35,402 nucleotides of DNA, taken from a virus. Its lineage: Duplodnaviria; Caudoviricetes. The notes beneath the pieces are model-generated. The model was given only the letters and a program-made list of their open reading frames with translations. It ran no database searches and had not been told where the DNA came from. The DNA lies in IMG/VR virus record IMGVR_UViG_3300037631_000271, positions 1-35,402 of that record; one strand, given 5' to 3'. Positions 24,444-31,764 of this stretch are shown one piece after another. A program made the translations under genes and the position numbers. Each line of letters opens with the position of its first letter. The first letter of the stretch is position 1.

Positions 24444-25061
24444 TCAAGTGATGCCCCAACGATCCCGCCAGACGCGCCAAGTGATAGCCTGTAATTGATA
24501 GGGCATAAGCTTCAGACGCCGCGCTGCTTCTTCATATGCAGCCTGCAAGGCGCGGTATTCACGGACGCCGATATTGGTGCGATCATCGGTCAAGCCTACC
24601 TTTTCATCATAGGCAATGTTGCGGGCGTGGCCGTCAATCGTCACGTTGAATTCCCCCATAATATCCATAAAAAAAGACGTGATCTTTTGTCCCTTCAGCA
24701 TGCGCTTTGCCCCGTCATAGTCCGGACGCGCTGCCAAGATATCCCAAGCCTTCTTTTTCATAGCGTGATAGGTGGAAACCTTCACAGCGTCGATGCCGTC
24801 ACCGCGCAGGAAAGCGGCAATCAAAGCGTCAGCATTGACAACATTACGCGCCCACTTGTTGTTAGGTGAAAGCGCGGCAATAACAGCCACAACAATATAG
24901 ACCGCGATGCCATACTTGGCCGCGATATTATGCGCCTGTTTTTGTGCGTCGGAATACCAGAGCAAGCCTTCTGTAACCTGTACGGAATCGGCAGCCCGAT
25001 AGCAGGCCATGATATTATGGACCATTCTTTCATGGTCGATTAGCGTTACCTGTTTTGTCAT
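24444..25061 (-). CDS. Helical DNA glycosylase-like (HhH-GPD-related) phage protein
   Basis: GLLWY, IAALSP, KITSF, VTIDGHA (compare VDTH of Nth) and LQAITW motifs. Confidence 0.6.
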   Translation of the reverse strand: MTKQVTLIDHERMVHNIMACYRAADSVQVTEGLLWYSDAQKQAHNIAAKYGIAVYIVVAVIAALSPNNKWARNVVNADALIAAFLRGDGIDAVKVSTYHAMKKKAWDILAARPDYDGAKRMLKGQKITSFFMDIMGEFNVTIDGHARNIAYDEKVGLTDDRTNIGVREYRALQAAYEEAARRLKLMPYQLQAITWRVWRDRWGIT

Positions 25062-25100
25062 GTCGTTGTGTCCCTGTCGTGTTTCCTAATCGTTGCGGCA

Positions 25101-25129
25101 AGCTTACGGACGGTAGCCCCCATGGTCAA
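25101..25129 (-). promoter_or_regulatory. sigma70 promoter
   Basis: TTGACC (25129-25124), 17 bp, TAAGCT (25106-25101). Confidence 0.7.
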
Positions 25130-25310
25130 GCGGTTTTATTTGTTGCCCCTTTTCTCGCAGCCAACAGGACGAGCAGCGCAGCCGGTCCCCCTCCTGCGTC
25201 ATGGCTGGCTGGCCGCACACATCACAGGAATAGTCAGGCAATAGCGTCGTGCGGTTTGTCTTGGCGGCGTTGCGTTTGTCAGTTTGTCTTGTCAGAATCT
25301 TGGCAGCCAT
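25104..25310 (-). CDS. Small zinc-ribbon protein
   Basis: CDVC...CSSC, with a GGGA RBS. Confidence 0.6.
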   Translation of the reverse strand: MAAKILTRQTDKRNAAKTNRTTLLPDYSCDVCGQPAMTQEGDRLRCSSCWLREKGQQIKPLDHGGYRP

Positions 25311-25489
25311 AGCGTCCCTGCGTTTGTCATCTGTGTCAGGCGTTTTGCCTCGTTTCTTGTCATAGTGTCAACGGTTTTGCCATTCCAGTCTGCTTCGTCA
25401 ATTAGCGTCCGCAGATTTGTCAGCCGGTTTGTCACGCTCTCAAGGCGGGGGTCTTTGTCTAGCGTCGGATACTTTGTCGGCCTATACAT
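25292..25489 (-). CDS. Hypothetical protein
   Basis: Likely start ATG 25489 (MYRPTKYP) with GGGGGA RBS. Confidence 0.55.
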   Translation of the reverse strand: MYRPTKYPTLDKDPRLESVTNRLTNLRTLIDEADWNGKTVDTMTRNEAKRLTQMTNAGTLWLPRF

Positions 25490-25649
25490 CGAACAAGTCC
25501 CCCTGATCTGGCTCGTCGATGTGTTCTTTGCGTTTGAATTCATCGTAGACATCAACAACAGTCTCGCCGTGCTTTGTCATCCACTCCTCGCGTGTCATAC
25601 ACGAGGCGTCCTCCTCCATTTCAATCAGCCAATCCTTTACCTTACCCAT
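25482..25649 (-). CDS. Small acidic hypothetical protein (55 aa)
   Basis: Below the ORF-track cutoff. MGKVKDWLIEMEEDASCMTREEW...GDLFDV, overlap-coupled on both sides. Confidence 0.65.
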   Translation of the reverse strand: MGKVKDWLIEMEEDASCMTREEWMTKHGETVVDVYDEFKRKEHIDEPDQGDLFDV

Positions 25650-25971
25650 TTCGTGTACCTACCTTTCGTTCGTAGTTTTCAACGTCACCGATCACATCGT
25701 TAATCCTGCCATATGCCAAGTCAAGGCCGCAGTCAATGAGGTCGATGTCTTCTAGTGCGTGTTTTGCCTGTGTCAAGAATGCGCGTACTACTGTTGTCTG
25801 TGTTAGCTTGGCGCGATAGAGTTCCCCGTCGCCATGACAGAGATGACAATGACCTATCTTGCCGACAAGTTCACCACCCATGATAGGGTCGGGCTGGGGT
25901 TCTTCGTACTCGACCTTTCCCCAGCCACCACAGTCCCAGCACTTGCAGGATTCAACGTGGTTCTCAGTCAT
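25642..25971 (-). CDS. DnaJ-type zinc-finger protein
   Basis: Start ATG 25971. CWDCGGWG and CHLCHGDG are two CxxCxGxG motifs. Confidence 0.7.
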   Translation of the reverse strand: MTENHVESCKCWDCGGWGKVEYEEPQPDPIMGGELVGKIGHCHLCHGDGELYRAKLTQTTVVRAFLTQAKHALEDIDLIDCGLDLAYGRINDVIGDVENYERKVGTRNG

Positions 25972-26245
25972 GCTCACCCCCATTGCCCCTGCCAAGACCG
26001 CCAAAGTAAGTCGGCTTACGCTTGGCTGTTTCGAATACACCCGCCGTAATAAACACACCAGCAATCAGTAAGGCATGTGCTATGGCACTGATGCCAAAGA
26101 CGGTGATTGACCCGACGGACATGGCAAAGATAATACACCACATCCATGCCAACACCTGCATCACCATGTGCCGTGTGTTGTTGTCGGGTATGTGGGACAG
26201 CGGGTTATACCGGCTGTCCATCACAAGCTGATACCACCTAGTCAT
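25964..26245 (-). CDS. Small two-TM membrane protein
   Basis: MDSRYNPLSHIPD...MQVLAWMWCIIF...IAHALLIAGVFITAGVF, with a GGAG RBS. Confidence 0.7.
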   Translation of the reverse strand: MTRWYQLVMDSRYNPLSHIPDNNTRHMVMQVLAWMWCIIFAMSVGSITVFGISAIAHALLIAGVFITAGVFETAKRKPTYFGGLGRGNGGEHD

Positions 26246-26480
26246 CGTCGTCATCTCCACCATGTTCTGCCAGCACCCAATCTGCATAGTACAGGGGGCG
26301 GCCTTCATCATCTTCTTTTGGTACAAACTTGAAGATGCGGTACAAGTCAGACTGCAACTTTTCCAGCTTGCCTACATCGGACATCCACAAATCATTACAA
26401 TCACATATTGTTTGCAGTGTGTTTCTCAAATCGTTGTATGACTTGAGCATGTCGAGACGTTGTTCGTTCGTGATTTCCAT
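26238..26480 (-). CDS. Hypothetical protein
   Basis: Start ATG 26480 (MEITNEQRL) with GGAAGG RBS. Confidence 0.65.
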   Translation of the reverse strand: MEITNEQRLDMLKSYNDLRNTLQTICDCNDLWMSDVGKLEKLQSDLYRIFKFVPKEDDEGRPLYYADWVLAEHGGDDDDD

Positions 26481-26515
26481 CGTGTGTAACCCTTCCGGTT
26501 TGTTGCGATACATAA

Positions 26516-26544
26516 CCCATATCGGTTAAAACAATGGGCGTCAA
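26516..26544 (-). promoter_or_regulatory. Putative sigma70 promoter
   Basis: TTGACG, 17 bp, TATGGG directly after the terminator; the -10 lacks the last T. Confidence 0.45.
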
Positions 26545-26546
26545 GC

Positions 26547-26584
26547 AAAAAAAGAACGGGGCCAGAAAAATCCAGCCCCGCTCT
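26547..26584 (-). terminator. Rho-independent terminator
   Basis: AGAGCGGGGCTGGA...TCTGGCCCCGTTCT hairpin followed by a T run. Confidence 0.8.
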
Positions 26585-26610
26585 CCACACACAACAACGA
26601 AAGTGTATCC

Positions 26611-26868
26611 CTACGAACTACCAACCTCGTAGGGAATACCCAGTTTTACCAAGACGTGACGGTGCTTGTCAAGCCATCGTTTACACTCTTGTTCACTTTT
26701 TCCGACAAATATTGTAACGAGGCGCAGATAGTCTACAGCCTGCTTCTTCTTGACAAGTTCGCGGCTTGTCTCCCCGATGCGAACGGATGACACAGGAGCG
26801 ACAACCTCCCACCTCCATCTGTTGACAATCTCTATCTCTAGGGGCTTGGTCTTCAGGTTATTCTTCAT
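26611..26868 (-). CDS. Hypothetical protein
   Basis: MKNNLKTKPLE..., overlaps the upstream ORF end on the same strand. Confidence 0.6.
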   Translation of the reverse strand: MKNNLKTKPLEIEIVNRWRWEVVAPVSSVRIGETSRELVKKKQAVDYLRLVTIFVGKSEQECKRWLDKHRHVLVKLGIPYEVGSS

Positions 26869-27043
26869 CGTTTCCACCCACTCTCATGCACAGGAGTTCT
26901 TGATTCATTGGCACATTTTCCCAGAATAACTTCGTCGATGCGACGTAACAGTCTGACATGGTTTCATACTCCGCTATAGGCTTCGAGTCGAACTCTGATC
27001 GATTAATTGCTGTCACTAGCAGCAGCACCCACTTCACTGTCAT
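26858..27043 (-). CDS. Small hypothetical protein with hydrophobic N-terminus and 2 Cys
   Basis: MTVKWVLLLVTA...YETMSDC...LLCMRV, with GGAGG upstream. Confidence 0.6.
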   Translation of the reverse strand: MTVKWVLLLVTAINRSEFDSKPIAEYETMSDCYVASTKLFWENVPMNQELLCMRVGGNDEE

Positions 27044-27221
27044 CGTCCAGTGCCTCCAAGTATATGTCGATACCCTCACGCATCAAGTCAGACACAGCAA
27101 CTTGTTCCCTGCTTGTCTTCTGTAAGCGTTCAGAGTGTGCAGCCAGTCTCTCATACTGCTTGACTGACATCAACAGACTATAGGTCTTTGTCGGTTCATC
27201 TATCTTCGCTGGTCTTCCCAT
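27003..27221 (-). CDS. Putative ribbon-helix-helix DNA-binding protein
   Basis: MGRP...KTYSLLM (strand), helix, then VSDLMREGIDIYL fits the RHH pattern. Confidence 0.6.
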   Translation of the reverse strand: MGRPAKIDEPTKTYSLLMSVKQYERLAAHSERLQKTSREQVAVSDLMREGIDIYLEALDDDSEVGAAASDSN

Positions 27222-27339
27222 CACGAATGTCCTTCTTAGCTTGTTTATCTTTTTCTTTAGTACGCTTGTCAGGTATTACTTGTTTACCATACTTGCGTAA
27301 CTGTTTAGCTATAGGGTTGATTTTATTAACCTTTTTCAT
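27196..27339 (-). CDS. Small basic protein (47 aa)
   Basis: Below the ORF-track cutoff. MKKVNKINPIAKQLRKYGKQVIPDKR...; first ORF of the leftward unit. Confidence 0.5.
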   Translation of the reverse strand: MKKVNKINPIAKQLRKYGKQVIPDKRTKEKDKQAKKDIRDGKTSEDR

Positions 27340-27372
27340 AACAGGGTATTCCCTATAGGGTGTTGTTCTTTG

Positions 27373-27444
27373 TGTGTAGCTGGTTTGTCAACAGGGGTCA
27401 AGAGATTTTTTCGTGTTGACAAGATTTGTCATGTCGATTATGCA
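27373..27444. promoter_or_regulatory. Divergent promoter region between early and replication genes
   Basis: Leftward TTGACC-17-TACACA (27401-27373) and rightward TTGACA-17-TATGCA (27416-27444), at the strand switch. Confidence 0.55.
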
Positions 27445-27479
27445 GGGGACATGTCTTCTGACAAACAAGGAACGCAACG

Positions 27480-28289
27480 ATGAAATCACCAGCTTGGTTA
27501 TGTGGGTATGTCGAGTCACTCGACTTCCCTGCGCTGACACGATATAGATCAGACTGTCCTGTCTGCGGCAAGAAGAATACATTTAGCGTGACGGACGACG
27601 GAATGCAACGCCTGTGGTATTGTTTCCACGCCGACTGCAACGTGTCTGGTCGCACAGGTATCACCCTAACAAAAGAACACGCCGCCCGAACCCTGCGTGG
27701 GTCGCAGGCTCTGGCTCCTGCTCCTTCCCGTACTAGTAACACTTACGAGGTACCTGACACATTTGTCAGTCTTTCTCGTAGTTTAGACGCGGAACTTTAT
27801 GTTAAACGTGTACAAGCATACGATGCGTATCTGTCGGGCAGGGCTGACATTCGATACGACTTCAAGCGTAATCGTGCGGTATTTTTAATCAAAGACGGCA
27901 ACAAGGTTGTCGATGCGGCAGGGAGATCAATCGATGGTAGAACACCTAAGTGGTATCGCTATGGATCAAGTAAAAGTCCTTTTGTTTCTGGGGCAAGTTT
28001 ATCTGTGGCCTGTGTTGTTGAAGACTGTGCTAGTGCTTGCAGTATTAGCGGTGTTGTCACTGGGGTGGCAATCTTAGGAACTAATCTTCTTAGCGAACAC
28101 ATCAGCGTATTGAAACAATATGACCGTGTGTTCGTCGCGCTTGACAAGGATGCCACTGACAAGGCTATTACGATGGTACGTGCGCTGCACACCCACGTGC
28201 CGACAAAACTCATGGTTCTTCGAACCGACTTGAAAAACATGCAAAAGGACGAACGTGATGACTTCCTACGATCCTACATCGATAGATAA
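27480..28289 (+). CDS. DNA primase (zinc-binding + TOPRIM)
   Basis: CPVC...WYCFHADC zinc finger; TOPRIM motifs VVEDCASA and ALDKDA. Confidence 0.9.
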   Translation: MKSPAWLCGYVESLDFPALTRYRSDCPVCGKKNTFSVTDDGMQRLWYCFHADCNVSGRTGITLTKEHAARTLRGSQALAPAPSRTSNTYEVPDTFVSLSRSLDAELYVKRVQAYDAYLSGRADIRYDFKRNRAVFLIKDGNKVVDAAGRSIDGRTPKWYRYGSSKSPFVSGASLSVACVVEDCASACSISGVVTGVAILGTNLLSEHISVLKQYDRVFVALDKDATDKAITMVRALHTHVPTKLMVLRTDLKNMQKDERDDFLRSYIDR

Positions 28290-29487
28290 ACAGCTACTGG
28301 GTTTCTGCCTCAACTCTGAGTTCTTCTCGAATGTGGCTAACACGGTGACCCGTGAGATGTTCACCAAAGAGATGCGTGATGTGTTCGACGTGATATCCCA
28401 CGCGCATACCACCTACGAGAACGACATCACTGTTGGTGAACTTGCCATCCTGTTCAATGACCGCAATCCTGCTATGCCGGACTCTACACGAGAGCGGGCA
28501 CAGGAACTGATCGTCACCCTAGAGCAGGGCAACCCACACAACATGGACATGCACCTCGACATGGTGCGTAACTTCTGGCTGCGTGACCGTGCCCGTATCA
28601 TTGGTGAGAAGGCCATTGAGATATTCACGGGTGAGAGCGAGGACTTCGGTGAGTTGCGGGCTATGGTTGAGTCTGTCGAGGACGGGCGTATGTCTGACCG
28701 TACCACTTATGAAGAGGTGACGGACAGTCTCGACGAACTGCTTGACGCGAACACCGGAGAGCCTGACTTCCCTTTTGAATTCGGCCTGATCAACGAGCGT
28801 GTGGCTGGCCTTGATCGGGGCAACTTGGGTATCATCTTTGCTCGTCCGGAAGTAGGCAAGACGACATTCTGCTGCTTTCTCGCCGCCTCGTATGTGCGGG
28901 CTGGACACAAGGTTGTCTACTGGGCAAACGAGGAGCCTGCCGAAAAGATCAAGCTGCGTCTCATCCAGTCGTTCTTCAACATCACACGCAAGGAACTCGA
29001 CGACAACCGCGCCAAGTACACACCGATGTACGAGCGAGATGTGATGCCCTATCTCAAGGTGATGGCTGCTGTGGGCATGGGCGTCGAGGAAGCTGACGCA
29101 TACGCAAAGCTGAACAAGCCTGACATCATGTTTATGGATCAGCTTGACAAGTTCCGCATATCTGGCGAGTACAACCGTGGTGACGAGCGGCTCAAGGAGA
29201 CATATGTTCACGCCCGTGAGATAGCCAAGCGCAACAAGATGCTGGTGTGGGCTGTAAGTCAGGCATCGAACGACGGGCATGACCGCCAGTTCATCGACTA
29301 CAACATGATGGATAACTCGAAGACCGGCAAGGCGGGTGAGGCTGACATCATCATCGGCATCGGCAAGACAGGGGCGAGTGACGTTGAGAACATCGTGCGT
29401 CACATCTGTATATCAAAGAACAAGATCAATGGATGGCACGGTCCCATCAACGCACAGATTGACGTACAGCGAGGGGTGTACTACTGA
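28258..29487 (+). CDS. SF4 (DnaB / T7 gp4-like) replicative helicase
   Basis: Walker A ARPEVGKT, IMFMDQLD, VSQA, SKTGKAGEADIIIGIG and ISKNK. Confidence 0.92.
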   Translation: MTSYDPTSIDKQLLGFCLNSEFFSNVANTVTREMFTKEMRDVFDVISHAHTTYENDITVGELAILFNDRNPAMPDSTRERAQELIVTLEQGNPHNMDMHLDMVRNFWLRDRARIIGEKAIEIFTGESEDFGELRAMVESVEDGRMSDRTTYEEVTDSLDELLDANTGEPDFPFEFGLINERVAGLDRGNLGIIFARPEVGKTTFCCFLAASYVRAGHKVVYWANEEPAEKIKLRLIQSFFNITRKELDDNRAKYTPMYERDVMPYLKVMAAVGMGVEEADAYAKLNKPDIMFMDQLDKFRISGEYNRGDERLKETYVHAREIAKRNKMLVWAVSQASNDGHDRQFIDYNMMDNSKTGKAGEADIIIGIGKTGASDVENIVRHICISKNKINGWHGPINAQIDVQRGVYY

Positions 29488-29639
29488 TGAGCAACCACGA
29501 AAACGAAGAAGCACTGGAGCGCCTCTACGACGAGGAGTATGTTCGTATACAAAAGCGTTGGCCTATGCTATCAGATGAACACACAGAGAAGTTCGCTGCA
29601 TACTTTGCACAGAAGCGGTTCGAGGAGGAGTCGGAATGA
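29487..29639 (+). CDS. Small acidic hypothetical protein (50 aa)
   Basis: Below the ORF-track cutoff. MSNHENEEALERLYDEE...FEEESE, with TGATG and ATGA coupling at its two ends. Confidence 0.7.
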   Translation: MSNHENEEALERLYDEEYVRIQKRWPMLSDEHTEKFAAYFAQKRFEEESE

Positions 29640-30220
29640 ATGTCCTGACCTTTGACGTGGAGACAACCCACACGGGCAAGCCGAACGGTGGCACGACTGC
29701 GTTGCCCTACTTCGGTAACCGCCTCGTGTCGATAGGCTACAAGTGGCTGGGTGAGGACAATGTGTTCTACCACTGCTACTACCACGAGACTGAGCCACCC
29801 ACGCCCAACGCAATGCACAGCTTTCAGACTGCCCTATACTGTGCCGATGTGGTCTTGGGCCAGAACATCAAGTTTGACTTGCAGTGGATACGTGACTGCG
29901 GGTTCGTATACAAGGGAGACATCTATGATACTATGGTTGCGGAGTATGTTCTATCAAAAGCGAGACGCTGGCCTCTTGGACTTGCTGCTCTTGCAAAAAA
30001 GTATGACACAGTGCAAAAGGAGAAGGACCTTGTTCAGCCGTATCTGGACGGGGGCAAGACGTTCTACGAGATACCGTGGGAGATAGTACGAGAGTATGGC
30101 ATCGCTGATGTCATAAGCACAGAGCAGGTGGCTCTGAAACAACTGGATGCCTTTGGCACTACATTCGAGGACTTATACAATGACGAACGATCTACTGCCG
30201 ACACTGCGCTTGTCGTTTGA
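29636..30220 (+). CDS. 3'-5' proofreading exonuclease domain of family A DNA polymerase (separate ORF)
   Basis: ExoI TFDVET, ExoII GQNIKFD, YDTM and ExoIII EYGIADV; GGAGGAG RBS. Confidence 0.9.
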   Translation: MNVLTFDVETTHTGKPNGGTTALPYFGNRLVSIGYKWLGEDNVFYHCYYHETEPPTPNAMHSFQTALYCADVVLGQNIKFDLQWIRDCGFVYKGDIYDTMVAEYVLSKARRWPLGLAALAKKYDTVQKEKDLVQPYLDGGKTFYEIPWEIVREYGIADVISTEQVALKQLDAFGTTFEDLYNDERSTADTALVV

Positions 30221-31718
30221 GATGGCCGACACACTGGCCCGCATCGAACGCAATGGCTTGCGGGTCAACCTAGATACACTACAAGAGATTGAGAAGCAGT
30301 ACCAAGAGGAACTCGACACACTCGAACTGCGCCTCAACGAGATGGCACGTGAGGCTATGGGTGACACGCCCATCAGTCTGACCAGCCCAGACGACAGGTC
30401 GATGCTTCTCTACTCTCGCAAGGTAAGAGACAAGAAGGCATGGTCACAGATGTTCAACTTGGGTATGGAGCGTCGTGGTGCCACGATGAAGCCCAAGCAG
30501 CGCACACGCATGTCAGGCAAAGACTTCCGCCTCGCTGTACGCAACAACACGGATGTCGTATATAAGACAATTGGTGAGCAGTGCCGCACCTGTGTCGGGT
30601 TTGGCAAAGTCCGGCCCGTACGAAAGGACGGCACACCAAGCAAGGCACTGCGTATCTGCAAGACGTGTGACGGCAAGGGTGTGGTCTATCGTCCGACGAG
30701 TGAGGTAGCAGGCTTCAAGATCGTACCACGCAACGTGCGTGACGTGGCATCTGCTGGATTTAAGACGGACAAGGACACACTGGCTGAACGTGAACTCGAA
30801 CTGTCGGGTCCGGCCCGTGAGTTCGCATCGTCGTATGTGCGCTACAATGCTCTGCGTATGTATTTGGGAACCTTTGTGGAGGGGATGAAAAACAATGTCG
30901 ATGACTACGGAATCGTACATCCGGAATTTATGCAGTGTGTTACGGCGACGGGTCGCCTTTCGTCTCGTAACCCGAACTTTCAGAATATGCCACGAGGTAA
31001 TACCTTCGAGATACGCAAGGTTGTCGAGAGTCGCTTTGAGGACGGCAAGATCATTGAGGGCGACTACTCGCAACTCGAATTCAGAGTGGCAGGATTTCTA
31101 GCCAATGATCAGCAGGCGTATGATGACGTGCGTATCGGCACCGACGTACACAGCTACACCGCGGGTGTCATAGGCTGCTCACGACAAGAAGCGAAGGCCC
31201 ACACATTCAAGCCTCTCTATGGTGGCACTACGGGCACAGAGGCCCAGCAACGCTACTACAGGGCCTTCAAGGAGAAGTATGGGGGTGTATCCCTCTGGCA
31301 TGAAGACTTGCAGCGAGAGGCCGTCGAGAAGCGCGTAGTGACGCTTCCCTCTGGTAGGCAGTACGCTTTTCCTGATGCGCGGTGGACAAAGTACGGCACG
31401 GCAACACACAGGACAAACATATGCAACTATCCTGTGCAGGGATTTGCAACCGCTGACCTGCTGCCCGCTGCCCTCGTTCGTCTCGACAGTCTGTTCATAG
31501 AAAACAAACTACAGTCTGTGATATGCAACACGGTCCACGACTCGATTGTGATCGACTGTCACCCAGACGAAAAAATCATTTGCGTCAAGCTGATGCGAGA
31601 GGCTATGCTCTCTCTGCCTGAAGAGACGATACGACGCTATGGTGTCGAGTACGACATGCCCGTCGAGATTGAGATAAAAATGGGCGATAACTGGCTTGAC
31701 TTGCACGTCGTAGAGTAG
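30180..31718 (+). CDS. polA: Family A DNA polymerase domain with DnaJ-like zinc-finger insert
   Basis: TATGRLSSRNPNFQNMP, motif A DYSQLEFR, motif B RQEAKAHTFKPLYG, motif C TVHDS; insert CRTCVGFG...CKTCDGKG. Likely start is ATG 30180 with GAGG RBS. Confidence 0.93.
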   Translation: MTNDLLPTLRLSFEMADTLARIERNGLRVNLDTLQEIEKQYQEELDTLELRLNEMAREAMGDTPISLTSPDDRSMLLYSRKVRDKKAWSQMFNLGMERRGATMKPKQRTRMSGKDFRLAVRNNTDVVYKTIGEQCRTCVGFGKVRPVRKDGTPSKALRICKTCDGKGVVYRPTSEVAGFKIVPRNVRDVASAGFKTDKDTLAERELELSGPAREFASSYVRYNALRMYLGTFVEGMKNNVDDYGIVHPEFMQCVTATGRLSSRNPNFQNMPRGNTFEIRKVVESRFEDGKIIEGDYSQLEFRVAGFLANDQQAYDDVRIGTDVHSYTAGVIGCSRQEAKAHTFKPLYGGTTGTEAQQRYYRAFKEKYGGVSLWHEDLQREAVEKRVVTLPSGRQYAFPDARWTKYGTATHRTNICNYPVQGFATADLLPAALVRLDSLFIENKLQSVICNTVHDSIVIDCHPDEKIICVKLMREAMLSLPEETIRRYGVEYDMPVEIEIKMGDNWLDLHVVE

Positions 31719-31724
31719 TAATAT
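31696..31724 (+). promoter_or_regulatory. sigma70 promoter
   Basis: TTGACT (31696-31701), 17 bp, TAATAT (31719-31724), upstream of an AAGGAG RBS. Confidence 0.7.
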
Positions 31725-31764
31725 CTATCTACCAACCCTAGAACGTAAAGGAGATCGAAGGATC

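Noticed and set aside
24214-24480. N-terminal 89-aa extension of the DUF932-like ORF in the ORF track
   Set aside because: It spans intergenic promoter and hairpin sequence; the ATG at 24213 has a clear RBS.
25250-25440. Pho boxes (TGTCA half-sites)
   Set aside because: Spacings of about 8-13 bp do not follow the 11-bp CTGTCAT period, and the sites are intragenic; kept only as an unexplained motif array.
26630-27355. 12-bp inverted match TAGGGAATACCC / GGGTATTCCCTA as invertible-segment ends
   Set aside because: Short enough to arise by chance, and one copy lies within a CDS.
27309-27361. T7-like phage RNAP promoters (CTATAGGG twice)
   Set aside because: No conserved upstream promoter body, no copies elsewhere and no RNAP gene in the window.
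28519-29403. 294-aa minus-strand ORF
   Set aside because: It is antisense to the helicase and explained by codon bias; the same applies to 10238..10873, 21660..22202 and 23263..23922.
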